A stretch of 64,000 bases of DNA, taken from NCBI GenBank assembly GCA_002269645.1, contig NIVC01000894.1, positions 310,001-374,000 on the forward strand. The letters run 5' to 3'. Positions within the stretch are counted from its first letter, which is position 1; every line of letters starts with the position of its first letter. The position numbers were made by a program, and so were the translations under genes. Source of the stretch: Macrostomum lignano (Eukaryota). The notes under the pieces were generated by a model. The model was not told the origin of the DNA and searched no databases. It saw only the letters and a list, made by a program, of their open reading frames with translations. Below, one piece after another: positions 1 through 10,786 of the stretch.

Positions 1-453
1 TTGCCGAGGCTCCGCGAAGTCGGCGGTGGCCATGGCCATGCGCACGTCCGGCGGCAGCTGCTGGCGGAACAACTCTTCCAAGAGCAGGCACGGTGGGTGG
101 TCTCCCAGCAGGGCGAGCATCTCATCCATAAGTTCTGAGGGCCGCCGATCACCGAGGCCGGTCATGTTGAGCAGGCGACTGGCCCTCTGCTGCCTCGTCA
201 AGTCGAAGGTGCCTTTGAGACGTTGCTTCAGCGTCTCGTACTTGCCCTCTGCTGGGGGAGCCTCTAAAATGTCGAGGAGGCGTTCAGCCGTTTGCTGGTC
301 GAGCGCTGCCACCAAGTAGTTGTACTTGGTCGCATCTTGCGTGATTCCGCGCAGAGAAAACTGGGCTTCGGCTTGAATGAACCATGCGCGGGGTTGAGCT
401 GCCCAAAACGTGGGCAGTTTGAGAGGGACAGCTGCCTCTGTGTTGGAAGCCAT
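1..453 (-). CDS. Ty3/Gypsy-type retrotransposon Gag, N-terminal part (runs off the window)
   Basis: ATG at 453. Manual translation MASNTEAAVPLKLPTFWAAQPRAWFIQAEAQFSLRGITQDATKYNYLVAAL...LGDRRPSELMDEML matches the LKLPxFW..P..WF.Q.EAQF and LGDRxPSxL motifs of invertebrate Gypsy Gag; frame open to position 1. Confidence 0.85.
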   Translation of the reverse strand, partial: MASNTEAAVPLKLPTFWAAQPRAWFIQAEAQFSLRGITQDATKYNYLVAALDQQTAERLLDILEAPPAEGKYETLKQRLKGTFDLTRQQRASRLLNMTGLGDRRPSELMDEMLALLGDHPPCLLLEELFRQQLPPDVRMAMATADFAEPRQ

Positions 454-469
454 TGTACGAAATAGCTAT

Positions 470-743
470 GTCGGGCTCACCAATTTAGCGGCTTGCGAAA
501 ACGAAGTAAGTTGCAAGCGAGAAAAGTGAAAGTTTATTTGCTTTACGCGGTAAGTATAAATAAGCACGCGATCACGTGAGGAGGTGCGCCAAAAAGGTGG
601 CACGATTGAAGGCCAACCCCCCCCCCCCCCGACTTAGCATACTGACTGTCTGTCCGAGTACACCCACCCCCAGCCTGGCGGGCAGGGGGTTTCAGTGCAG
701 ATGTACTCGCAATCGCTGGCTGCGTGCTGATTGGGCCGCCACA
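470..743 (-). mobile_element. 5' LTR (484-743) and primer-binding site (470-482) of the Gypsy element
   Basis: Minus strand starts TGTGGCGGC (743) and ends GCCGCTAAA (484), a degenerate TG..CA inverted terminus. AATAAA at about 533-538. TGGTGAGCCCGAC follows immediately and resembles the complement of a tRNA-Trp 3' end (comparison from memory). Confidence 0.7.
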
Positions 744-1736
744 AATTATTAGCTAAACCACCGCATCTAATTTAATTTGCTTGACTGTTTTACTACTTCA
801 AAACGAAAATTATGGCCGTAAAACTACTTACTTCACTACCTACTGTCAATCATTCAGCCAACCTCTTTAATTCGAATTAAAGCTTTACTTCTGTGCTCAC
901 TTGACTATTTTTGACTCGAGAAGATGTTAAAAACTTTTTGAATTCAGTATATTTCAGCTAAAGCAAGTCAGCAGGCTGACAAAATGGCTGTAAAGGAGAA
1001 AAACATGTACGACTGGCCTCATGAAGATATGAAGACAATAGTAGCAGAAGTAGATAAAATTAAATTGCCGCTGTTTAAGTTCTATGTTTCAGTAAAGCAT
1101 AATACTCGTAAAAAGGCATTCAGTTTAGTCTGTGAAGCACAACGATCGCATCCGATGCGTGCCACCTGTACTGAATTACGCTATGCAAAGAAAAGTTTCA
1201 GTTTTAACAGTGTTTGTCATCCAACACTAGCAAACGCTGCAAAAGGTGGCCACGGTTTTTCTAGAAATTCTGTATTTTTTAGATGCATATTGAGTAGACA
1301 CTTTTCAAGTACGAAACTCACGACCTGACATATAGCACCGAAGTTACTGCTTTGAACTGTTGGGGCTAAGAATGGATGCCTAAAGCTTTATGCCAAACTT
1401 AGGCCAAAGCTTTGTTTGAATATTATAATATTTACCTTGCAAATTAATCCTTAAGTACATAAAATTCGTCAGATCAGCGCAGTAGCAATGTACACTGTAC
1501 ATGCACATTGTTGAATGAAACTAGCTGCATCAATAACCCTAATTTCCATTCGACTGCAAAAATAAAAATATTTATTCATGAAACATTTCTGGTTGAGCCG
1601 CGTACTTCGAATACACCCAATCCCCGTTATAATTTGGACATCCAATCAGCTCTACTCGGAGCAGGAGTAGATGAAGAAGCGAAGAAAAAAGCTTGATTCA
1701 CGCCCAAATGCAGCCTATGAGGCTGTACGCTCGTAG

Positions 1737-1744
1737 TATATAAA
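1737..1744 (+). promoter_or_regulatory. TATA box of WSC gene 1
   Basis: TATATAAA about 45 bp before the ATG. Equivalent boxes lie upstream of the other four paralogs (about 6217-6224 -, 10852-10860 -, 13600 +, 20314-20321 -). Confidence 0.6.
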
Positions 1745-1786
1745 TCAGCGACGAAAGAGTTCTTAGCTCTAGAAGAAGAGACCAGG

Positions 1787-2727
1787 ATGTCTCCTCTTGG
1801 CAATCGCCCAGCAGTCTTGGCAGCTGCCTGCTGCTCTCTCCTGCTCGTCATTGGCGTCACCGCCGGTCGAGTCATTCAAGTCTCCTACATTGGCTGCTTC
1901 GAGGATAGCAGCACTAGGGACATGAGAGGCTTATCGGGAATCAAAAGCGTCGGCGAAATCTCCGTTTCGGAACCAAGAGTGATAAGCGGCAACATGACTC
2001 AGGACTTCTGCAGCGGCTTCTGTGCACTTGGCGGCTTCCCGTACTTCGGGTTGCAGAACGCATGGGCCTGTTTCTGCAGCTGGGACTTCGGCTCGCTAGG
2101 ACCTGGCAAGGAAAGCGACTGCAACATGCCTTGCAACGGAAACTCCAGCCAAATCTGTGGAGGCTTTTGGCGAAATTCGGTGTTCGCTCTGAAATACCCG
2201 AGTGAGTTTTCTTGCACTCAGATTGCACTCACTCAGAATTGATTGTCTATTTCTGGTAGACGCTCAAACAGTGAACTGATGAATTGGAGACGCAAGTACA
2301 TGACAACAAGACTTCAATGGCGATTGCAAGAAACTTGCAGTCTATCTGAGTCTGAGTTTATGATTGATGTTGTGAAGCCTAAACTTGGATTATACTTGAG
2401 CAGCTTTAAGAAACCGAACTCAAAATTCGGGACGTTACTGTTCAAGTGAGATGCTTCCTGCACTAAAACTAGCCCTTTTTGTTTACTTCAGAGCGGAGCT
2501 GCTTCAAGCAGTCGCAGATGCCCAGCCTCAACGTCTCGTCGACTCTGCCGACCTCCTGGAGCATCGCCGCCCAAACAGCTCTGGACTGCCTGATCCCGTG
2601 CGAGGCCTCAGCTGAGTGCCAGGCTGTGATTTCCTCTGGCCAGCAGCGCCTGTGCCACCTGCTGAGGTTCGCCTACCCGCCTGCCAGTCTGAGCAGCACC
2701 GACGGAGACTTTTTCCTGCGTGGATGA
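1787..2727 (+). CDS. Secreted WSC + PAN/apple-like protein, copy 1 (type A exon 1); join(1787..2201,2492..2727), 216 aa
   Basis: Hydrophobic signal peptide; WSC motif YIGCF..D..RD..MT..C..FC..YFGLQ..CFC..C..C.G...CGG.WRNSVF with 8 Cys. Donor GTGAGT at 2202, acceptor TTCAG ending 2491. 415+236 nt is in frame. Exon 2 has the C-x3-C...C...CxL pattern of PAN modules. Confidence 0.88.
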
Positions 2728-3331
2728 TTTTCTGACTGATTGACCGATTGGCATCGTTTATTAAGACTAGATTTTTAAAGAGAATCTGAAAATATATTTT
2801 CAACTTGAAAACAACAGAGAAAAGTCATGTTTTAAAGCTCATGAAAAAGTGCGTCAATATATCATTATCAATTGTGAAAAATTTGCGAATAATAACTGTG
2901 AGCGGCCCTCAATCCAGACGTTCATCAAAGAAGCTAGAAAGAAGGCAAGACAAAAGAGATGCTTTCAATTTTGAATAGCCGTCGAAGTGCTCTTGAAGTA
3001 TAGGTGTACAGGTGTACTTGAGTATGGGTGGACGTGACGAGGCGGATGACGAAGAGTTGATGGAGTTGATCCGATTCATTGAATGCGGTAACGATGATGC
3101 TCTGCCACCACTGCCAAGCGAAGAAGAGGCTTGCCCCGAGGATCCCATGCGGAACAAACCATGCAATTCGGCCGATGTGAGTGTAGTTATTGTCGATTCT
3201 AGCTCTACTCCTCGATTATTGCGGAACAATTGGTCCACGTTTCATTATACCCACGTTACGGCCGTTTTCATGCATGTATACAATCTGTTTATTCAGCTTT
3301 GTTGTATTGAATAAAAAATATCCTCGCAAAT

Positions 3332-3472
3332 GCATTGATACAGGAATATACAGATTGCTTATCTGCAAATGGGTATATCCAAATATAACCCGTTGGGAAT
3401 ATCCAAAGATGGGGGCGGCTTGACCATAGACTATTCGCAGATAAGCAATCTGTTGTATTCCTGTTTCGATGC
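3332..3472. repeat. Imperfect palindromic MITE-like hairpin
   Basis: gcattgatacaggaatatacagattgcttatctgc (from 3332) is the reverse complement, with few mismatches, of gcagataagcaatctgttgtattcctgtttcgatgc (ending 3472). Confidence 0.7.
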
Positions 3473-3984
3473 CTGAAAGGCGCGCAAAAATTTACTTAGT
3501 TCACAATTTCCGTCGATGCAATCGTTTGTGGCCCAAACGAAACTAGACACAATAAACTTATAACACGAGCTATATGTGATTAGCGAGGGCAGAAAAGAAG
3601 TGAAGGGCCTAAGCCGCGGGTTGAAGTTGTATTTATACTACGAGCTAACAATAATGAACAGGTTAGCTGAATAATTATCTATCATGAATTAACGGTTGAG
3701 GTTGTCTGTGGGGAAGCGCATGGTAGACGAAGGGAGACGGCTGACTGAAAAGTAAGAGGCTGATTTCCAAAACAGAAAGTACAAATATTTGGAGGATGGA
3801 AATCCGACATACGGGTTTATTCTTGAAGGTCTTTCGAACTAGGAAACGCGGAAAACGGTTGACTGAGCCAAGCCATGAGAGGGGCTGCATTTATAGAGAG
3901 AATCGATTGCACCACTTAACGAAAGACCCCCCGCTGAGAGTCACCTCTGACTCTGATGCTAATTTTAGCAACAAGCGAGCGGGT

Positions 3985-4435
3985 TCTGCTTCAGAGGAGG
4001 CATGGGTCCGGGCACACGTGATCTCCCCATAAACACGAGCCCAGCGTACAATGATGAAATCATTGCACTTTGGACTAAAGAAGGAAGAAGGCCCTGTCAT
4101 GTGACTGGCTCACATGACAAGGGGGAAAAGGCCCACAAGTGAAGGCACTCGTGACCTTGGAACCGGAACAGGACAGCACTCCAAATTTGGAGATGCCAAA
4201 CAGAGAACGAAACAGAGGCAGGCCAGACCAAGCTGTCTGGGCACTGCAAAACGGGAGCACAAGACAAAAGGGGGGGGGCAAACGAGGACAAACAGACAGA
4301 CAGGCAAACGGGCAAGGGACAGGCCAGAGGACAGGCGGGGACAGGCAACTGCCCAGCGGCAGACAGAAGCCTGGGGCGAGGGCGAGGGAACCAGCTGACT
4401 AGTGCGGCGCCTAACTAAACTAGCGACTCACTACA
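3985..4435 (-). mobile_element. Solo-LTR-like element (related to 9882-10217)
   Basis: Minus strand begins TGTAGTGAG. Shares tgcactttggact and gctgactag...cctaac blocks and a purine-rich core with 9882-10217. Left boundary approximate; no TSD found. Confidence 0.35.
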
Positions 4436-5374
4436 CTTTCTATTTGAATTTTCACAGTTTTCCTAGCCCTGATAAGAGACAGAATTAGTTGTACCAGCCT
4501 GACATTTAGCATGGCAGTAGATAATCTGATAAGATTTTCATCGTCTATTTAAATCCAGGCTCCGAACTCCAACAAAATGACTGGAAAATATTGGCCAAAC
4601 CGCCGCATCTACGAAAGTTTGTTTGCTTGAGTTTTTGCTAATTTGCAAAAAGAAAATTATTGCCATAAAACTACTTCACTCCTTCCTGTCAATCATTTAG
4701 CGAAGCTTTTAAGATGCGTTAAGGATTTAATTCTGTGCTCACTTGACTATAAGATTCGAAAAATATGTTCAACTCTTCTTACAGTCAGTGTATTTCTAGT
4801 CAGAGCTGCTTCAAACCGGAGAAAATGCGCTGTTTGCATCGCATCCTTGCACTCTCATCTATCAGTTGTCAGGGCTTCACCAGACTCAGCGAACAATAAA
4901 GCTGAGCAGCTGGCATAGCTCTCATCAAAGTGCACTAAAAATTGAACTCAAAAAAAATTTTTGCTGACTGATGGTAGCAAATAAGGGCTCTACTCTAGGT
5001 TATTTTGGTGTTAGAGGATTTGATCGAGTCTATGCCTAAGGCAGTTCCCAGCACTAGCACTTGCCCTGGAACTACCAGTAACAAGCAGGTGTAATTTGTC
5101 GGGGAAAAGCAGCTTCACCACTCAAAAAGATGACATCTTGCATGCGCGCCAACGCCAGTTGCGACTTGCTCAAGTCATGACCCGCCTCTGCCGTGAATTT
5201 TTGCCTTGCCTCTGCCCTACGTGCGACCTTTTCTTGGCTGTCAATTTGGAGTATAGTGGGCATCAAATGCTCCGATACGAGTGCACTACTTGGCTTATTT
5301 TTTAAAAGTATAGGGATTTATTTTTTGGCGTCAGATGACCTGTACAATATATTTTACGAAGTATTTGCAGTTTT

Positions 5375-6172
5375 TCAAACTGTCTTGCTTCGAGCAGACT
5401 CAGCCGCGAACAAAAAGTCTCCATCGGTGCTGCTCAGACTGGCAGGCGGGTAGGCGAACCTCAGCAGGTGGCACAGGCGCTGCTGGCCAGAGAAAATCAC
5501 AGCCTGGCAGTCAGCTGAGGCCTCGCACGGGATCAGGCAGTCCAGAGCTGTTTGGGCGGCGATGCTCCAGGAGGTCGGCAGGTTTGAGGCTGGGCATCTG
5601 CGACTGCTTGAAGCAGCTCCGCTCTGGAATAAAATGAAATTTGACGGCAGGACACCTGACAACAAAACATTTATGTCGATTTGTAGCTCAATATAATGGC
5701 TCGTATTAAATTTTTTAAAGCGTTGTCAGCCCATAGCAGCCCAAATCGATATTAAACACTCACTCGGGTAGGTCAGAGCGAACACCGAGTTGCGCCAATG
5801 GCCTCCGCACTCCTGCTTTGAGTTTCCCAAGCAAGAAAATTTGCAATCGGTTTCATTGGACTTTCCGAAATGGCCGTAGGACCTGCCGCAGAAGCACTGC
5901 CTTCTGTGCTGCACTCCAAAGTAGGGAAATCCTCCCAGAGAGCAGAAGCCACCGCAGAACTCGACAGTCATGTCTGACCTGCTTGTCAGCTTTTTTCTGG
6001 CGTCTACCGGTACAGAGCCGATTGTATCGATGCCTTCCAGCCCATTCAGATCCCTGTCTGAGAAGTCAACAAAGCAGCCAATGTAGGAAACTCGGAACAC
6101 TCTGGCACGGACTGCGCAACTCAGCAGGAGAGCAGAGCAGGAGATGAGCAAGCAATAGCTCTTCTGGAGCAT
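5375..6172 (-). pseudogene. WSC + PAN copy 2 (type B exon 1) with frameshifted exon 2; exons 6172..5764 and 5623..about 5390
   Basis: Intact signal peptide and WSC exon (409 nt, GTGAGT donor). Exon 2 has a net 11-nt deletion at about 5582 (CTCAA-AC-CTGCCG versus CTCAA-CGTCTCGTCGACT-CTGCCG), giving a premature TGA at 5513-5511. A second 1-nt indel lies near the normal stop. Confidence 0.8.
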
Positions 6173-6749
6173 TGCGAGTGACGGTTATCGAGAAGGTAAT
6201 TTGCGTTCTCCCCCTCTTTTTATACGCTTAGCCTCCAAAGACCAACGTGTAAGTGATTTTAAAAGTTATAAAACAGAAGTGTGATGAAAGCGTTAATACT
6301 GTTAGTAGCAATGCTAGCATACAGGATTTGTATCTCAGTATCACATCGGTCTCTATAACTTATTCAGCTAGCTAAATGGTGTTGGTCAGCATCTGCTTGA
6401 TTTGTGGGCTGCCATCGGAGGCGGCGGTGAACTCAACGGCTCAAAAGCAACACATAAGCAGTCAAATCATAGTTCGACTAGGTCTGATCATCTAATCCCT
6501 TATCAATGTGCTTGGCGGCAATCGTGCAGTTGCCGAGTACGCGGTCGTCTGCTCTGCAGTTCGAGCCGCAGTCAGTCCGAACCAGCAATTTTGTTCAAAA
6601 CAACAGACGATCGAGGCGACGGAGCTTTTGCGAGGCCAGCAGTTCTAATCTGTTTCTCGGCGCTCGCAATCAGCCTTTATTTGTATTGGCTCTCTTTGCT
6701 TCTTCATATTGAGCAGGGTTCGGCAATGCTTTTGCTTCAAGGGACAGAT

Positions 6750-6965
6750 AAAAAATCTAACTCATACTGCCGGGTCAGTTGAGCGAGGAAAGGAGAGAAG
6801 AGATCAAAGAGGGAGAAAGAAAAGAGGAGAAAAAAGATGAGAGGAGAGAGGAAAGAAGAGAGCTGAGAAGAGACAAAAACTTTGAGCAGACCGGATTGCC
6901 ATTGTGAAGTTTCAAAGGACCCGAGTGCCGCATGCATCCCATGGGCCAGAGTTTTGTCACCCCTG
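6750..6965 (-). mobile_element. hAT-like non-autonomous element end with CT-rich interior (second copy 33826-34045, +)
   Basis: Terminus CAGGGGTGACAAAAC..CCCATGGG..CATGCGGC..CTCGGGTCCTTTGAAAC is shared with TAGGGGTCGGAAAAC.. at 33826 and resembles hAT/Charlie termini. Only one end is visible. Confidence 0.45.
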
Positions 6966-7967
6966 ATAGGAGACTAAATTAGTTGTACCAGCCTGACATC
7001 TATAGCATGGCAGCAAATAATCTGATATAGTGTTCATCGTCTATTTAAATCCAGGCTTAAAACCGAATTCCGCCAAAACGAATGGAAAATAGTGGACAAA
7101 CCACCGCATCTATGAAATTTAGTGCTTGAGTTTTTTGCTACTTTGCAAAAAGAAAATTATGGCCAGAAAACTACTTCACTCCTTCCTGTCAATCATTCAG
7201 CAAGGCTTTTAAGCCGCGTTAAAGCTTTACTTCTGTGCTCACATGACTATAAGATTCGAAAAATATGTTGAACTCTTCTTACAGTCAGTATATTTCTATT
7301 CAGAGCTGCTTCAAACCTGAAACAATGCGCCGAATTTGCATCGCATCCTTGCAGTCTCATCTATCAGTTGTCAGGGCTTCACCAGACTCAGTGATAAATA
7401 AAGCGGAACAGCTTGCATGGTTCTCATCATAGCGCACTGCGCACTCAAAAGTGAACTCAAAAAAGTTTTTTGCTGACTTGATGGTAGCAGAAACAAGGGC
7501 TTTGCTCTTGAATGGCAGCTTCTTAAACAGAATAAAATCTTTGCTGTAGTGTTTTATGCCTTTCAATTCTTTTGATGTGGGAGAATTTGATTGAGTCCAT
7601 AACTATCACAATTCACAGCACTAGAAATTGTGCTCGAACAGCCACGAGAAAGTGTAGTTTTTCGGGGCAAACCAGTTTTACTACTCAAATAGATGACTGA
7701 CATCTTGTATGCGTGCCAACGCCAGTTGCGACTTGCTCAAGCCATGACCCGCCTCTGCGCTTGAACTTTTGTCCTCGCCCTGCCCCACATGCGACCCTTT
7801 CTTGGCTGTCAGTTTGGAGTTAAGTGGGAATCAAATGCTCCAATACGAAGTCGCAAAGTCCCAAATTCCCCAAAGAGGTGTACAGGGATTCTTTTTTCTT
7901 AGTGTCAGATGAGCAGTACAATAAATGTCATTCAAAGTTTTCTTGAACATTCGTGCTTCCAGCAGAC

Positions 7968-10786
7968 TCAGCCGCGAACGAAGTAGTCTCCATCGGTGCT
8001 GCTCAGACTGGCAGGCGGGTAGGCGAACCTCAGTAGGTGGCACAGGCGCTGCTGGCCAGAGAAAATCACAGCCTGGCAGTCAGCTGAGGCCTCGCACGGG
8101 ATCAGGCAGTCCAGAGCTGTTTGGGCGGCGATGCTCCAGGAGGTCGGCAGAGTCGACAAGACGTTGAGGCTGGGCATCTGCGACTGCTTGAAGCAGCTCC
8201 GCTCTGAAGCAAACAAACGTAGTTAAATTTAGTTAAAAATCTACCTCCAACGTTGAAGTCGGTTTCTAAAGCTACTCAATTAGGTCTCAGTATTCGGTGA
8301 AGCGAGGATCCCGTTGGAACAAAATAGGCAAGGCGAGCGGACACAGCACTTCGTGCAAATTTACGACTCCAACAACTAATCAGCAGATCCTTGCCGGGCT
8401 CAGTGGGACGACTAAGGATTGCATTGTTAGTCTCAAAGCAGACTCAATGGTCTCGTGGGCAGTGTTGGGCAAGTTACTCAAAAAAAGTAACTTGCGTTAC
8501 TGTAACTTAAGTTACCACTTTTTAAAAAGTAACTTACGTTAGCCTAGTAACTTTGAACAAAAACCCGGTAACTTTTAAGTTACTTCCGTTACTTACTTCC
8601 GTTACCTATGTTATAAACAAAATTTTCTGCTTTTTTAACATTGCAAATGTGCTGGAACAGCACAAATGATCGCGAAAGCCAGAAGGAAAAATACAACAAA
8701 ATTAATTTCAGTAACTGTATTAAATTTTAATCACTTTAGGCCCTTTCCGTAAAAAGAAGAGAAGCTGAAGGTCAGAAACGTTAAAGGCAAAACGCAATTT
8801 AATTTGTAATAACATTATAAGTTATAATACACAAGGACAACTTAACGTAACTTCAGTTGTCCTTGATAATACATCGCTCGTAATAAGTACCTGGCTTTAC
8901 TCCACTCTACAGTCTGCTTTACTAGTCTTTTTATTTTCAATTATTTGAAATTTTTTTCAATTTTTTCAATTATTTTTCAATTCATTAATATTAAATTATT
9001 GTGCAGTGCAGTGCAGTGCCAGTGGACTTTAGTGGTGTAGCCAGGGAGGCCGCCTTAACAATCGTTGGGGCGGCAACTTCACCCCACCTGCAAGACACCC
9101 CACCAGGGGGGGTGGGGTTGGGCGTGGCGGGTGCATGAGGCATGGCCAGCCAGGCCAACCCGCCCCCCCCCCAATTAAAATTCCTGGCTACGTCGATCAC
9201 TGAGTGGATTTGTGGAGACTACAGATGAATTTCTTTCTTTGGTTGTTTGTTTCTAAGAACTAAACAAAATATTTTTATTAACTTAAAAACGAAAAGCAAA
9301 AATATTTTACCGAAAATAACAAAGTAAAAACATGTTTCAAGTATTTCTTTATTAATTACAGCGTAATACCGTATGATATTATTCACTTAGTTTTGAATTT
9401 AAGAATGAAAAATGCTAAAAATGTGACAACTGGCGTAATAGCTAAGCATATCAGTTTTAAATTTAAATATTGCGATTGTTGCAAAGTAACTGTAACGGAC
9501 TTCCGAAATTTGAGTAACTTACCGTTACTCCGTTACCAAAATAGGAAAGTAACTTGCGTAAGGAACGCTTTACGAAAAAGTAACTTGCGTTACCATTTAC
9601 AAGTTACTCGGTAACGGAAGTGCCCAACACTGCTCGTGGGTTTAGGATGAAAAATGATTCAGAACAATGTTATTGTCAGAAATTGAGGCACATTACGAAA
9701 CTGAGAGAGTTTGGAGACTTGGAAAATTTGAAGCTGTGACAGAAACACGGCTGAGGGGTCCATACTTAAAGCCTTACTTAAATAACCACATTGCGCCAGA
9801 GCAAACAAGATATTGCGTGATGCGGTGTCTATGCGACGTAAATTTTTAACTAAGTCTTTTCCACTGTGGTCTTTTCTGAGCTGCTAGTGAGGCAAAGGTG
9901 CCGGGCAAGTGAGTTTAGTCGTAAGCATGGACCAATCTGTGCAGTATAGTATAGGTGTTAACTGCACTTTGGACTCCAAGAAAACAGAACGGAAAAGGCG
10001 AGCCGCTGCACGCAGAACGAAGAGAACAGAAAAAGAAAGAAAGCAACAGCAAAAGAAAACGAACACAGGCCAAGCTGCTCAGTGGCTGCAAAACAGAACG
10101 AAGAGCGGATGGGGCAAGCAGGGAGGAGGCAGACAGAAAAGCGGAGCCGTGCCCAGCGTCAATGGAAGCTGCTGACTAGGGGGAGACACCTAACAGTTAA
10201 TCTAGTGTCTTACTACAAATTTAATATTCAAATAAGGCCTAAACAGTAACTGATAATTGTTGTATATTTTAATGAACTCATGTTTCCAATTCATCACTTG
10301 ACTGCTTGAGTGGTTACAAGTAATGGGACACCAATTCTGACTAAGTGCAATCTGAGTGCATGCAAACTCACTCGGGTGGGTCAGAGCGAACACCGAATTT
10401 CGCCAAGGGCCTCCACACATCTGGCTTGAGTTTCCGTTGCAAGTCATGTTGCAGTCGCTTTCTTCGGCAGGTGTTAGTGAGCCGAAGTCCCAGCTGCAGA
10501 AACAGGCCTTTGCGTTCTGCAACCCGAAGTACAGGAAGCCGCCAAGTGCGCAGAAGCTGCTGCAGAACTCCCGACTCGTGCTGCGGCTTATTACTCTTGG
10601 ATCCGAAACGGAGATTTCACCGACGCTTTTGATTCCCGATAAGCCTCTCATGTCCCTGGCGCTGTTGTCCATGAAGCAGCCAATGTAGGAGACTTGAATG
10701 ACTCGACCAGCGGTGACGCCAATGACCAGCAGGAGAGAGCAGCAGGCTGCTGCCAAGACTGCCGGGCGACTGCTAAGAGGAGACAT
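7968..10786 (-). CDS. WSC + PAN copy 3 (type A); join(10786..10372,8203..7968), 216 aa, intron expanded by insertions
   Basis: Exon 1 is 415 nt with GTGAGT donor at 10371; exon 2 is 236 nt after a TTCAG acceptor. Both exons are intact and in phase. The 2168-bp intron contains a hAT MITE and an LTR-like insert. Confidence 0.82.
8460..9632. mobile_element. Non-autonomous hAT DNA transposon, 1173 bp
   Basis: TIRs CAGTGTTGGGCA / TGCCCAACACTG; perfect 8-bp TSD CTCGTGGG at 8452-8459 and 9633-9640; subterminal GTAAC/GTTAC repeats at both ends. Confidence 0.92.
9030..9202. mobile_element. Small MITE nested in the hAT element
   Basis: tagtggtgtagccaggga ... ttcctggctacgtcgatcactg imperfect inverted ends; a similar gtgtagccagga start occurs at about 36468. 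Confidence 0.4.
9882..10217 (-). mobile_element. Solo-LTR-like insertion in the intron of copy 3
   Basis: Begins TGTAGTAAG exactly where homology to the copy 4 intron stops, and ends CTCACTAGCA. No TSD seen. Confidence 0.4.

Noticed and set aside
2909-3314. Acidic ORF (GRDEADDEELMELIRF...) possibly a transposase C-terminus
   Set aside because: No catalytic motif or termini identified.
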